This document shows positions 1-10,037 of a DNA stretch of 58,062 nucleotides, piece by piece (within the stretch, counting starts at the first letter, position 1; each line of letters begins with the position of its first letter). The notes below the pieces were generated by a model that worked only from the letters and a program-made list of their open reading frames with translations, ran no database searches and was not told the DNA's origin. Location of the stretch: the IMG/VR virus record IMGVR_UViG_3300029120_000017, one strand, 5' to 3'. The DNA is from a virus. Both the position numbers and the translations under genes were made by a program.

Positions 1-99
1 TCTAACGTTGCTTGCCTTGCATATTTGGTGGCCCTTGCATCAGAAAGTTTTCTTAATGATGCCCCAAAGGTATCATATTGCGACCTTGCCGACTGAACT
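1..99. repeat. 99-bp terminal direct repeat identical to 57964-58062 (circular-assembly overlap or terminal redundancy); unique genome length 57,963 bp
   Basis: First 99 bases (tctaacgttgcttgcc...gccgactgaact) recur exactly as the last 99 bases of the window. Confidence 0.95.
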
Positions 100-3041
100 T
101 CTTTTAGTTTCTCTGTTATCTCCTTAATGCTTTCAACGCTAAGATTTTTTCCGTTTCTGATGATGGATTGCAATTTGGCTTCCAACTCGTCCAGCATTGT
201 TTTTGTCATCTTTGAAAGGTCGCCAAAGACGGCCTCCCAGTCAAGATTATTCTTCATCTGGTCGAAAGTCAGCTCCTGCAACGATTTTTCGTATTCCTTT
301 TTGCTTTTCTTGTAGACAGGAGAGTTTTGGTCAAGGCCAGAAGATTCCATCGCAAATTTATCTTCCAGTGCCTTCCGCTTTTCCAAGAATGTGCCATAGG
401 AGGATAGATAATCATTCCATTCCTGCCTGTAGCTCTCTGTGTCTGAAAGCTGCCGTTTGGCATCATCCAGGGATTTTTGAATTTCTATCTTACGTTCGCC
501 TTCCGCTGTCTTTAATTGCTTTTCTAAAAACTCTATATCGTTTTTTAATTCCTTGATTTTGTTCGCCCTATCTCTTTGCGTTTTGTAATATTTGTCAAGA
601 ATCTTATCGACAGCATCCTCTTCGCTTTTTGCAGCATTGGCAGATATTGCTTTCGCCATAGCTTCATAGTCGAATTTTATTTTTGGCTGAGTTTTCAAAA
701 CATATTCTTCCCATTGTTTAAGATTCCACTTTCCCTTGTCTGTATTTTCCCATGTGGCTTCATTGTTTGAGTTGCTCGCATTTATATGTTTAAACTTCTC
801 CAGCTCTCTTGCTTTTTTAGCAATATCTTGTAACCATTTGTCGTTTTCTGCCATTTGCTGGTCTCGCTGACGTTTAATGCTATCCAGCTCTTTTTCTCCT
901 TCATTTGTGATAAGTTCGTTTCTTAGGTTATAGATTTCCTTCAGTTTGTCGTTATGCTTGTTCTCGATGCCTTCAAGATATTCGCTGATTTTCTGACGGA
1001 TTTCGGCAAGTCTTTCAGCAGCGGATTTCCCAGTATCTTTATTATTATCTCCATCACTTTCACCTTCACCATTTTTATTGAAGCCCCCATCATTGAATAA
1101 CTTCTCGGCATCTTCAATCAGTTTTTGATAATCCAGCATGAAACCATTATATCTCCTCATTGCGGCATCTCTCAACGCGGCCTCTCCATTCATTGCGTTG
1201 CGTGCTTCTTCGGCTACCTCTGTGTCTGATTTTTTCCAGTCAGTCTTCTTGCCAGTTGTGAGGTCTTTATAATCTTGATAATGATACAATCGGTACTCCC
1301 AACCTTTGCTGTTGCGGTCATGGATAAGTGCCTCTTGAAGCGATTGCACAGCAATGTTAAACAATGCCGTTGCCTTAATTCTTAGCTTCATAGATTCAAT
1401 AAACTTATCAGAACCTTTATTGAAGAGGTTTTCTGCATCGGCAGCATTTTTGATTGATACGCCTAATCCGTCAAATTGGCTTTTGTTATCTTTTAGGAAC
1501 TTATCTAATTCCTTGGATTTTCCTTTGACTTTCTCATATTTATTCTTCAATGTTTCAAAGGTCACGATATTTTTGGCAATCTCCTTATCGCTATTGGCAT
1601 ATTCATTACGTAGAGATTCTTGCGCCCTCGCATTATCCTCCGCAACCTTTTTCATCGTCTTTTCTTCATCTGTTAATTCGGTCATCTTATTGTAAATATA
1701 TGTAGCCGCAGCAACGACAGCGCTAATTGCGGCCAACACCCAACCGATTACAGGAATTGACTTGATGGCAAGTTTGACAGCCTTTAATGCGGTAACGAAT
1801 CCCCATGTTGCGCCAGTCTGAGCAACGGTTGCGGCCGTCTCAACTGATTGAGTCGCAGTTTGCGCGGCAGTCGCGGCGGTATTCTTGGCCAGTTCTGCAT
1901 TAACGGCTGCTAAAGCGGATGCCTTCAGCGCATCCCACATCGTTGAAATCTTAACGGCAGCACCTAACGTTTGCTGAACGCCCATAGAAATACTCATTAC
2001 TGCCTGTAGCTTCGTTTGTATCTCCATGAGTTTCTTTTGGTCTTTGGTGAATAAGCCTGCAACGCCCATGTACGTTGTCATTGCACCTGTCACGCCTTGA
2101 ATACCTGTGGCAAGCATACCAAAGGAGTTTGAGGCAAGACTTTTTCCAGAAACGGCAAAACTAACCTTGTTGAAGGCTGCTTGCAATTTATTAGCTTCAT
2201 TAACAGCCCTTCCAAATTCAGCCGTATTTTGTTTTCCCGACAAAATAAGTTCTGCAACGGCCTGCCTTGCGTTGCGCAATTGTGTACGTAGAGCAGTAGT
2301 CTTGCTTGATGCGTTGCCTGCTTCGTTTGCAAACTGAGCCATCCGTTGTTTGCTTTGCTCCAAATTTGCACTTGTTTCGGCAATCGCATTGCTAATGTTT
2401 TTTATCTTATCCCTCGTTTCGACAAGGTCTTCCGAATTATACTCCAGTCTTCTTTCTTTTGACTGCTGACCTGCTGCGGTTGATGGCTTAGTATCTTCAA
2501 TTCTTGAACGCGCCTTTTTAAGACGTTCCTCTTTTTCATAGAGTGATTCTAATTGCGTGTTTAATCGTTTCAGAATTGATTCGTAAGCCTTCACGTCTTC
2601 CTGCGCTTCCTTAAAAGCAGAAGATGTTCCTGCCTTGGTTGTAGCATTTCCAAGATTATCAAATTCTGTTTTCGTTCGTTGTGCGGCCTCGCCTTGGGTA
2701 TTAAGCCCTCTTGTTACTTCCTCCAGTTTCGCCTTTAATTCAGTGTTCTTGCTGAGGAGAGAATTAACTTGCTCTTGCAATTCGTTAAATTGCCCACTGG
2801 TATTCCCGACACCGATAGATGAGGAAAGAGCACTCAACTTTTGGCCGCTTGCATCAATAACGGCAGCAAGTTCTTCAACGACTTTCTTCACAAATTGAAA
2901 GCCATCGGCCATTTCGTTTGTCGCCTTTTCGGATGCAGATTGCATTTCACGAATTTTGGCGACAAATTCATTCGCTCCCGTCTCTATATCTTTTCCGTTG
3001 ATTACCGCTGATACGCTAAGTACGTCATTATTTTCTGCCAT
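1..3041 (-). CDS. tail tape measure protein, N-terminal part (about 1013 codons); continues in frame at 58062->56418 across the circular junction, 1528 aa in total
   Basis: ATG at 3041 (MAENNDVLSVSAVINGKD...). No complete minus ORF starting at 3041 is in the track, so this frame has no stop down to base 1. A/Q/K/E-rich coiled-coil-like sequence plus hydrophobic segment IPVIGWVLAAISAVVAAATYIY. Frame arithmetic joins it to ORF 56418-57713 once the 99-bp overlap is removed. Confidence 0.8.
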   Translation of the reverse strand, partial: MAENNDVLSVSAVINGKDIETGANEFVAKIREMQSASEKATNEMADGFQFVKKVVEELAAVIDASGQKLSALSSSIGVGNTSGQFNELQEQVNSLLSKNTELKAKLEEVTRGLNTQGEAAQRTKTEFDNLGNATTKAGTSSAFKEAQEDVKAYESILKRLNTQLESLYEKEERLKKARSRIEDTKPSTAAGQQSKERRLEYNSEDLVETRDKIKNISNAIAETSANLEQSKQRMAQFANEAGNASSKTTALRTQLRNARQAVAELILSGKQNTAEFGRAVNEANKLQAAFNKVSFAVSGKSLASNSFGMLATGIQGVTGAMTTYMGVAGLFTKDQKKLMEIQTKLQAVMSISMGVQQTLGAAVKISTMWDALKASALAAVNAELAKNTAATAAQTATQSVETAATVAQTGATWGFVTALKAVKLAIKSIPVIGWVLAAISAVVAAATYIYNKMTELTDEEKTMKKVAEDNARAQESLRNEYANSDKEIAKNIVTFETLKNKYEKVKGKSKELDKFLKDNKSQFDGLGVSIKNAADAENLFNKGSDKFIESMKLRIKATALFNIAVQSLQEALIHDRNSKGWEYRLYHYQDYKDLTTGKKTDWKKSDTEVAEEARNAMNGEAALRDAAMRRYNGFMLDYQKLIEDAEKLFNDGGFNKNGEGESDGDNNKDTGKSAAERLAEIRQKISEYLEGIENKHNDKLKEIYNLRNELITNEGEKELDSIKRQRDQQMAENDKWLQDIAKKARELEKFKHINASNSNNEATWENTDKGKWNLKQWEEYVLKTQPKIKFDYEAMAKAISANAAKSEEDAVDKILDKYYKTQRDRANKIKELKNDIEFLEKQLKTAEGERKIEIQKSLDDAKRQLSDTESYRQEWNDYLSSYGTFLEKRKALEDKFAMESSGLDQNSPVYKKSKKEYEKSLQELTFDQMKNNLDWEAVFGDLSKMTKTMLDELEAKLQSIIRNGKNLSVESIKEITEKLKEVQSARSQYDTFGASLRKLSDARATKYARQATL

Positions 3042-3045
3042 TGTT

Positions 3046-3725
3046 TTAGTTCATTAAATTCATGAAAAAATTATTGCAATTGTCTTTGATTTGACTTGCT
3101 GTCTGCAAGACTTTCTTTCCTCCTTTGCTTGTAGGTTGGTTCTTGCAAGGACTTTCGCCTTCTTCTTCATCAAATGGTTTTATACCTGGAATCGCTCTGT
3201 TGAGTAAAAGGATGTTGATGTAACTTCGCTTGAATACAACTTCATTGTACGACATTCTAAAGTACTTCATTACACCGCCAATCAATCCCCACGGGCTATC
3301 GCTTCTTTCGTATTCGTTGTTGTCTGACTGCACCCTTTTAGGAAAGTTATACTTTGCAAAAAAAAACTTGCATCAAACGAGAGTGAAGCGTATTGCAATA
3401 GCTCATTGTATTTCTTCATCGTCATGCGTTTGCGGATGAATCTGCCAAATATCTTTCTCATCAGTCTGGAACGGAAAACTATAATTGGTGTGATTTCATT
3501 TGCGTTTTTTACGTCTTTGAACATTGAGAAAACTTTCTGATATGGATTAAATTCACCTTCAATATTTATTTCTTCAATATCACCAATCTTTTCACCGATT
3601 TGCCATATCTGCGCCAAAGTCATCGGCCTAACCAAGAATGGAATCATACCGATAAAAACAAAAATTGGTCTCTCTGTTATTGCTCCTGCTGTGCTTTTTT
3701 CTTCACTTTTATTCATAACTGCCAA
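3046..3725 (-). CDS. tail assembly chaperone, programmed -1 frameshift fusion product (gpGT-like)
   Basis: Frame of 3282-3725 joins the -1 frame of 3046-3333 at the T9 run. The -1 frame is open from the run (FAKYNFPKRVQSDNNEY...) to the stop at 3046, 4 nt before the tape measure ATG. Confidence 0.6.
3282..3725 (-). CDS. tail assembly chaperone (gpG-like, zero-frame product)
   Basis: 147-aa ORF directly upstream of the tape measure gene; contains the slippery T-run near its 3' end. Confidence 0.6.
   Translation of the reverse strand: MAVMNKSEEKSTAGAITERPIFVFIGMIPFLVRPMTLAQIWQIGEKIGDIEEINIEGEFNPYQKVFSMFKDVKNANEITPIIVFRSRLMRKIFGRFIRKRMTMKKYNELLQYASLSFDASFFLQSITFLKGCSQTTTNTKEAIARGD
3358..3366 (-). 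promoter_or_regulatory. slippery site for -1 ribosomal frameshift (T TTT TTT within a T9 run on the coding strand)
   Basis: A9 on the plus strand. In the zero frame it reads AGT TTT TTT TTG; a -1 slip gives an open frame to 3046. Confidence 0.6.
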
Positions 3726-5133
3726 ATGTATTTTGTTTGTTTTCTTCCATATTTTCTTGCTTGATTTGCTTCAAAATTTCTTCTGGATTTGAAACAAGCG
3801 GATTTTGTCTTATTCCTTCCTCCTGCGACATCGTTGCCTTTCCTCCTGTAGAGCTGTTTATTAATTGCAATGTCTCAGCATCATTCTTTGGAATATACGG
3901 CGTAAATCTCGGCTTCACCCTCAACCTGTCAACGTCATTCTTTGGCATCGCTTTTATGCTCGTGGAATATCCGTTTTTGATGATATTGAAGCGCCTTGTA
4001 AACATCTCACCGAAGGTTTCAATTTTCTGCCCAGCCTTTAAATGAGGGTCGGTAAACATCAGTCTGATTGCTGCACCACTGGTGTTATTGCCAAGTGTTT
4101 TCATATTCTCAAAGGAGATGTCAGGTGTCTGTGTGTAGCTGAAGATTATGTTTATCAAATTAGCTATTTCCATTCTTCTACTCTCTGGGGCGCTATCCCA
4201 AGAAACAACCTTCATATCTGTTTCATTGTCTCCTTGGTAAACTCGTCCGACTTCTCCCTTGTCGGCGAATCCCTTCATCCGTCCTTTGAAGAAATATGTC
4301 GGTGAGCCAAAATAGTCGTTTGTATCGCCCCAATCGGAAATACTATTTTCTAATCGTTCAATGGTTTTTTGAACTGCTTCCCATTCTGTTTCTTCCTGCA
4401 TATAATAGACAAGAGGGATTTTTGTAAATCCATGAGGCTTTGCGCTGCGCAATGTTAATCCTGCTTCACTTTCATCGCTTGCAAATTTGTAGAGCGTGGA
4501 TGATGTGTAAACGTCAAAGCAATGCGTTTGCGCTCCTGTTTCATCTTTAAGGACATATTCGCGTGCAAATCCGTCCATCTTGTCGTAATTGTCGTAATGA
4601 GGGTACAATTTATCACCATACAACGGAGAAAGCAATTTCACGCGCATTTCCTTTTCGTTGTCTTCGTTTGTGGCAATATACCAAAGCTCAGCGCATTCAC
4701 AAGCACGAAACAAGCACCTCGACAATTTTTTGTTGAAATACTCTTCTTTGTTATCTTCAAGGATATTCAATACCTCATCAAATAATTTTGCTTGCATTTC
4801 ATCGGCTTCACCCTTAATGCTGTATGTTACAGGAATCGTGAAAAGAAAGCCCACACTTCTTTCTATTATCACTCTTTGACAAGGAACAGCAACACGGCAA
4901 CGGTGTCTCACTTCGGTCTTATAGGCGATGTTGCCGTTTTCGTCTTTTTTATCTGTCGGAGTTTTAACAATCTTATCCTTTCTGTATTGCGTGTCAAAAA
5001 TCAAATGACAATTAGGGTCGTACTCCCGTTCTGTAACCTCCAGCGGTTTTTTAAGTGGTTTCTTTCTCGCTGTCAGCAGAGAATAAATCTGGTAAGGGTC
5101 TCCGACTGATAAAATTTCTTGTATGGTCTTCAT
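3709..5133 (-). CDS. portal protein (SPP1 Gp6-like by appearance)
   Basis: 474-aa ORF immediately downstream of the large terminase gene; size and position typical of portals; family recognised by eye only. Confidence 0.65.
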   Translation of the reverse strand: MKTIQEILSVGDPYQIYSLLTARKKPLKKPLEVTEREYDPNCHLIFDTQYRKDKIVKTPTDKKDENGNIAYKTEVRHRCRVAVPCQRVIIERSVGFLFTIPVTYSIKGEADEMQAKLFDEVLNILEDNKEEYFNKKLSRCLFRACECAELWYIATNEDNEKEMRVKLLSPLYGDKLYPHYDNYDKMDGFAREYVLKDETGAQTHCFDVYTSSTLYKFASDESEAGLTLRSAKPHGFTKIPLVYYMQEETEWEAVQKTIERLENSISDWGDTNDYFGSPTYFFKGRMKGFADKGEVGRVYQGDNETDMKVVSWDSAPESRRMEIANLINIIFSYTQTPDISFENMKTLGNNTSGAAIRLMFTDPHLKAGQKIETFGEMFTRRFNIIKNGYSTSIKAMPKNDVDRLRVKPRFTPYIPKNDAETLQLINSSTGGKATMSQEEGIRQNPLVSNPEEILKQIKQENMEENKQNTFGSYE

Positions 5134-5135
5134 TT

Positions 5136-6344
5136 TTATATGATATTTAAAAAGTCTTGGGCATTAAATGAATTTTCGTCTTTTCCTAATAGCTTTTCAA
5201 GAACAACATAACGGACGGCATCTATACCGTGGTTGAATGAATCTATTGGCTCATTAAGCCATTTCCCATCTTTATTCTGCCTGTATGTATAATTCTTGAA
5301 CTCCTTCTTTAAATTCACGCTGCGGTTTGTGATAAAAATCTTCATAGTCTGCATCTTGTTTATACCAGCAATAATTGAACCAGCATATTTTCTTACAGGT
5401 TTTACATCAAGCCCAGCGTTATTTAATTCATCTATAAGTCTCGGGTCTGCACTTTCAGATATTATTTCAATATTCGACCTGTCACGATTATTGGCGTTCT
5501 TGATTTCTTTGATTATGTCTGACGACAGCATCTTTGTCTTATAGCAAATCTCATCCAACCATAGCTCATCGCCACAAATGTACACGTCTATAATCGCCGT
5601 TGGGTCGTTGGTATATCCGAAGTCCATTCCACGATAATGATGCTTTCTTTTTTCAAACGGTATGTAATCATGCTTTAGTTCTTTTACATTTTCAAAAATC
5701 AAGCCTTCAACTATCGCTTGCAAGCCTAAACCATAGATTCTCCAGAGTGAAGGATTCTTATTTTTTAAACTCTCTATCTCTTGGATAACCTTATCCTCCA
5801 AGAATGGATTATCTTTATATGTTGAAATGAACCAATATGTTGATGGCTCTTGGTTAATTTCGCAAATCCAGTGGTCATCCGTAAATGAGGGATTGTAGTC
5901 AATAATCGAAAAATCAGTGGTTCTCATTTGAAGCTGCTGCCATTGCAAGAAATCTAATTCATTTGCTTCATTGACGAAAAGAATCATTCTCTTTGAACCT
6001 CTGATTTTTTGCTCGTTATCTGTTGAAAAAAATTCTATCGTTGAGCCATTTGGAAACGTGTAAACCAAATCCGACTTGTTCATCTGTTTGTCGTTCCAAA
6101 TGTTCAACGATAGCATTATTTCCTTGAAATCTCTGTAGACAGAACGTTTTAATGACGGAAGGCCAGCGCGAACAATTGATACGGTTGTTCTTGGATGCAA
6201 CGAACAATAAATGCAGAGATATTGAACGATGGAATAAGTTTTTGCTGAACGTGAAGAACCTTGCAGAGAGACGGTTGTAAATCCCTGCTCTTTTGCAAAT
6301 TTTACTCTCGCATAGTTCTTTGTTACATAAACATTATTACTCAT
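5136..6344 (-). CDS. terminase large subunit
   Basis: 402 aa from ATG 6344 (MSNNVYVTKNY...), 8-nt overlap with the upstream stop. Walker-A-like GSSRSAKT. The track start at 6428 adds a Lys/Arg-rich extension overlapping the small subunit gene. Confidence 0.8.
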   Translation of the reverse strand: MSNNVYVTKNYARVKFAKEQGFTTVSLQGSSRSAKTYSIVQYLCIYCSLHPRTTVSIVRAGLPSLKRSVYRDFKEIMLSLNIWNDKQMNKSDLVYTFPNGSTIEFFSTDNEQKIRGSKRMILFVNEANELDFLQWQQLQMRTTDFSIIDYNPSFTDDHWICEINQEPSTYWFISTYKDNPFLEDKVIQEIESLKNKNPSLWRIYGLGLQAIVEGLIFENVKELKHDYIPFEKRKHHYRGMDFGYTNDPTAIIDVYICGDELWLDEICYKTKMLSSDIIKEIKNANNRDRSNIEIISESADPRLIDELNNAGLDVKPVRKYAGSIIAGINKMQTMKIFITNRSVNLKKEFKNYTYRQNKDGKWLNEPIDSFNHGIDAVRYVVLEKLLGKDENSFNAQDFLNII

Positions 6345-6840
6345 CGTAGCCAGTCTCTTGCTCTTGTTGCTCTTTTTCTTTTCGCTCCTTCTCTGATTGC
6401 ACTTCTTCTTGAATCTTTTTGAAGTCATCAGGGTTAGAAACGAAATTCAAAACAAACGCCTCCTTGTTAATGTCTGAGCCATTTGTCGTTATATCAATCT
6501 GTTTCTTACTCTCGCCGAATTGCCTATCTCTTAACTTGTCAATAGTTTTGGTTACTCCGTTTTTAATATCTGATATGATGGCGATTGCTAAATTTCTCGG
6601 GTACATTGGCGCGTCCTCCCATTTTGCCAATTTGCTTAACTGAGGCGCTGCCAATGATAAAACGGCCTTTTCCCATTCGTCTATTTCTATATTTGACAGG
6701 TTAAAAAATTTCCTCGCCTTCACCTTAGAGCCAAATATATTTTCAAGTTGTTTTGGAACTCTGTTAGGTGGCCTCCCCTTCGGATTTCCGCTCTGTCCTT
6801 TTTTCCATTGATAAGGAATGATATTCTTTGGGTCTCTCAT
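6337..6840 (-). CDS. terminase small subunit (putative)
   Basis: 167 aa, N-terminal GNPKGRPPN motif, acidic C-terminus, directly upstream of and overlapping the large terminase gene. Confidence 0.5.
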   Translation of the reverse strand: MRDPKNIIPYQWKKGQSGNPKGRPPNRVPKQLENIFGSKVKARKFFNLSNIEIDEWEKAVLSLAAPQLSKLAKWEDAPMYPRNLAIAIISDIKNGVTKTIDKLRDRQFGESKKQIDITTNGSDINKEAFVLNFVSNPDDFKKIQEEVQSEKERKEKEQQEQETGYDE

Positions 6841-6927
6841 CGCTGAAATCTTTGAATTTTGTCGTTGTTTGGTTTGTTAGCGAAAAGTGTCTTTGGCAGG
6901 CGCTTTATTGCTCTGATTTTATCTTTC

Positions 6928-7506
6928 CTATTTTATAAGATTGAAAAATTCATTACGCAATTGTGCATCATTTTTAAAAGCTCCTACAAGGTATGATGAT
7001 TTCATTTTGCCTTTTTTCTTTGCTCCACGCATAGACTTGCATAAATGTTCGCCCTCCATTACAAGAGCGACACCAAGAGGTGGATATTTAGATTTAAGAG
7101 CATCAGAGAGAATGTCTACAATTTCTCGTACAAGTCTTTCCTGTATTTGTAATTTTGCTGCACAATAATCTACAACGCGACCAATTTTAGAAATTCCAAG
7201 AATCCGACCTTTAGGATTGGGGATGTAAGCGAACCAGTAGCGGCCAAAAAATGGCATCATGTGATGTTCACACATTGAATAGAAGTCGCCTTCATCTATA
7301 ATCATATTTTCATAAGTTATGCCATCTTTCCCATTTTCGAATGTTGTTATTTTCGGTTTTTGTGAAGCATCGTAACCTCTGAATATTTCATTATACATTC
7401 TGGCTATTCTATCGGGCGTGCCTTTCAATCCTTCTCTGTTTACATCTTCCCCAATTAAAGATAAAATGCCTTTTATATGGTTTTCTATTTGTTCTTTCTT
7501 ATTCAT
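6928..7506 (-). CDS. folE: GTP cyclohydrolase I (FolE)
   Basis: IGEDVNREGLKGTPDRIARMY and CEHHMMPFFG...GISKIGRVVDY...QIQERL motifs; ATG 7506 overlaps the queE stop as ATGA. Confidence 0.9.
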   Translation of the reverse strand: MNKKEQIENHIKGILSLIGEDVNREGLKGTPDRIARMYNEIFRGYDASQKPKITTFENGKDGITYENMIIDEGDFYSMCEHHMMPFFGRYWFAYIPNPKGRILGISKIGRVVDYCAAKLQIQERLVREIVDILSDALKSKYPPLGVALVMEGEHLCKSMRGAKKKGKMKSSYLVGAFKNDAQLRNEFFNLIK

Positions 7507-8090
7507 CTTACATTTATAATTTTCTGCGTCTGTAATGAAATCGCCCATTGTGGGTGAGAAAGGCAATAATTTACAACACCCTTGATGTTGTTTTCTGTTT
7601 TTTCTTTATCTTTCAAATCACATGGTTGCAAGTAATAATTATCAGCAATAATCCTTTTATACTTATCCATGCAAGTTTTTTCGGCATCGAATACAACTTT
7701 TAATTCATCAATATGCTCTAAGGCAATATTCGCTTGATTGCAATATTCAAACTTTGGCGAGCATGTTATCCAATTTGCAAAAGAAAGTGCCTTATTGTTT
7801 CGCGTGCCATTTGTTTCAATATGAATATATTTTCCTTCTTCACATAACATGAGCATGAATTTTTCTGTTATCTGCAAAGTAGGCTCGCCGCCTGTCAGAA
7901 CAACATGCTTTGTCGGATATTTGATAATTTCTTGAATTATCTCTTCATCTGTGTACTCTTTATACGATTCGTGCTTTGTATCGCAAAAAGGACATTTTAG
8001 ATTACATCCAGCAAAGCGAATAAATACACAAGGAGTTCCAGTAAAAGCACCTTCACCTTGTATTGAATAAAATATTTCGTTAATCCTCAT
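7503..8090 (-). CDS. queE: 7-carboxy-7-deazaguanine synthase (QueE, radical SAM)
   Basis: N-terminal EIFYSIQGEG...FIRFAGCNLKCPFCDT cluster motif, 195 aa. Confidence 0.9.
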   Translation of the reverse strand: MRINEIFYSIQGEGAFTGTPCVFIRFAGCNLKCPFCDTKHESYKEYTDEEIIQEIIKYPTKHVVLTGGEPTLQITEKFMLMLCEEGKYIHIETNGTRNNKALSFANWITCSPKFEYCNQANIALEHIDELKVVFDAEKTCMDKYKRIIADNYYLQPCDLKDKEKTENNIKGVVNYCLSHPQWAISLQTQKIINVR

Positions 8091-8096
8091 TTTCTT

Positions 8097-8426
8097 TTAT
8101 TTTTCATAGATTGCGGTATTACCCTCACTTTCTTGTACAATTGCTTTATAGCACATTGGTATCTGCTCTACAATCCATTTTGCAATATTTTCTGCTGTTG
8201 GATTGAAGGGTAACAGCTCATTAAAATTTCCATGGTCAAGAAATCCATGAATTTTATTCTTTACATGCTTAAAGTCAATAACCATGCCATCAGAATTAAG
8301 ATTTTCCGCTTTGCAGAAAACGGTCACAATCCAATTATGACCATGCAAATTTTCGCATTTGCTTTCATAAGAAAGATTGAGGTGATGACATCCTGCAATC
8401 TCCATTCGTTTTGTTACGTAGTACAT
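8097..8426 (-). CDS. queD: 6-carboxy-5,6,7,8-tetrahydropterin synthase (QueD)
   Basis: 109 aa T-fold protein with CHHL...LHGHNW metal-site motifs, adjacent to queE. Confidence 0.85.
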   Translation of the reverse strand: MYYVTKRMEIAGCHHLNLSYESKCENLHGHNWIVTVFCKAENLNSDGMVIDFKHVKNKIHGFLDHGNFNELLPFNPTAENIAKWIVEQIPMCYKAIVQESEGNTAIYEK

Positions 8427-8437
8427 ATTTTATTTAT

Positions 8438-10036
8438 TAAAGTTTCGCAAGTGAAAATTCACAAGCGTGATTTAACGTAATTTTGGAATAAAAAAGGCTC
8501 TGAAGTTTGTATAACTCACAGAAAATGAGTATCTTTATAATCGCTAAACAATAAAGATAAAACTTCAAAGCCGTGAGCAAAGATACAAAAATTATTTCAG
8601 ATCTGCGAAGCTTTTTCGCAAAGAATAACGATAATCGTGCAATTAAGTGCATTATGGGTGTGATGGAACATATAAATATACGCTCCAGCCAGATTGGAGT
8701 AGAGAAGAAAGAGAACTGCAAGTTCACCACTTTGCAGGTACTCAACCTCCTCATGCTCTTCCCGTTCTTCGTAGTCAAGAATGCGAGTCGATACTCCAAC
8801 TCGTCCTTGAGTAAATTGTTCAATTGTGATAAAGACATGTTCTATCGTTTTATGAATGATGGCAACGTCAAGTGGCGCAAGTTACTATATGCAATGAATC
8901 TTCAGCTGATAAAGAAGATATCAAGCAGCACAACTGTTCATCATAACAAGCCAGTTTGTTTGATTATTGATGATACTGATGCACCTAAGACTGGTATGAC
9001 GACCGAACTCATAGGAAGAATCTGGTCTCATGTTCATCAAAAGAGCATCCTTGGTTATAAGTGTCTGACCATGATGTTGTCCGATGGCGTTAGCCAGCTC
9101 TTTCTCGATTTCTCTCTTCATGGTGAGGAGGGAAAGGACAAGCAAAAGGTTCAGGGACTTACTGCTAAGCAACGCAAAGCTCGCTATACCGAGGACCACG
9201 AAGGGCAAGCGGTAAAAGAGCGTGTGGATGAATATCTGATGAAGAAGACAGACAAGGCCATAGATATGGTCAAGTATGCCATCAAGCGAGGTGTTCGCTT
9301 TGATTACTTGCTCGTAGATAGCTGGTTTACAAACACTAAGCTTGTGCGTTTCATTTCCGGCAGACATATCAAGTGTCACCTGTTGGGCATGATTAAACTG
9401 GGCAAAACCAACTATGCAACGAAGCATGGTAAGATGAATGCCAAGCAAATCATCAAGCACCTGCAAAAGGAAAAGGCATGCAAACACAACAAAATACTTC
9501 GTTGTACCTATTGTACAATGGACGTTAAGTTGGATGGTGTGCCAGTCCGTTTGTTCTTTTGCAAACGAGGACGCAAGGGAAACTGGAATGGGTTGTTGAC
9601 CACAGACCTTTCTCTTAGCTTCCTTGAAGCGTATCGTATTTATGCCAGACGATGGGCTACCGAAGTTGCATACAAGGATTGTAAGACCTTGCTGAACTTT
9701 GGCAAATGCCAGTCTGTACATTTTGCCGCTCAAATTGCTAGCTTCACTTTGACAATGATGCAGTATAACATCTTGTGTACAGTGAAGAGATTTGAAGCGT
9801 ATGAAACCATCGGTGGTCTCTTTACAGAGGTTACCAATGACACTCTCGAGTTGTCCGTAACGGACAAGATATGGGCTATTATTTTGGACTTCGTTCTGGA
9901 GGCTGCAGAGCGTTACTCTATAGATGCCACAGAGTTACTGGCAGATTTCATCGAAAGTAATCCTGTTGCCCATACGCTACGTAATATGTATATTTATAAA
10001 CAAGCAAGTTGATATTTATTCACTTGCGAAACTTTA
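8438..10036 (+). mobile_element. IS4-family insertion sequence, apparently intact
   Basis: Perfect 18-bp terminal inverted repeats taaagtttcgcaagtgaa (8438-8455; reverse complement at 10019-10036). 8-bp direct repeat TTATTTAT at 8430-8437 and 10038-10045. Single DDE transposase ORF inside. Confidence 0.9.
8573..10012 (+). CDS. IS4-family DDE transposase
   Basis: 479 aa with CLIIDDTD, YLLVDSWF and YRIYARRWATEVAYKDCK (Y-R-E-K) signature blocks. Confidence 0.9.
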   Translation: MSKDTKIISDLRSFFAKNNDNRAIKCIMGVMEHINIRSSQIGVEKKENCKFTTLQVLNLLMLFPFFVVKNASRYSNSSLSKLFNCDKDMFYRFMNDGNVKWRKLLYAMNLQLIKKISSSTTVHHNKPVCLIIDDTDAPKTGMTTELIGRIWSHVHQKSILGYKCLTMMLSDGVSQLFLDFSLHGEEGKDKQKVQGLTAKQRKARYTEDHEGQAVKERVDEYLMKKTDKAIDMVKYAIKRGVRFDYLLVDSWFTNTKLVRFISGRHIKCHLLGMIKLGKTNYATKHGKMNAKQIIKHLQKEKACKHNKILRCTYCTMDVKLDGVPVRLFFCKRGRKGNWNGLLTTDLSLSFLEAYRIYARRWATEVAYKDCKTLLNFGKCQSVHFAAQIASFTLTMMQYNILCTVKRFEAYETIGGLFTEVTNDTLELSVTDKIWAIILDFVLEAAERYSIDATELLADFIESNPVAHTLRNMYIYKQAS

Positions 10037-10037
10037 G

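Noticed and set aside
1-99. Interpreting the 99-bp end duplication as a biological direct terminal repeat
   Set aside because: The repeat falls in the middle of the tape measure ORF, which reads through it in frame. An assembly overlap of a circular or permuted genome is more likely. This cannot be settled without reads.
8437-8838. 133-aa minus-strand ORF spanning the IS left end
   Set aside because: It crosses the inverted repeat and overlaps the transposase start. It is hydrophobic, junk-like sequence, so it is unlikely to be real. I considered it as an IS-queD read-through product but it is not in frame with queD.
8921-9733. 270-aa minus-strand ORF inside the IS element
   Set aside because: It is entirely antisense to the well-supported DDE transposase ORF, has low-complexity odd composition and no motifs. 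It is a shadow ORF.
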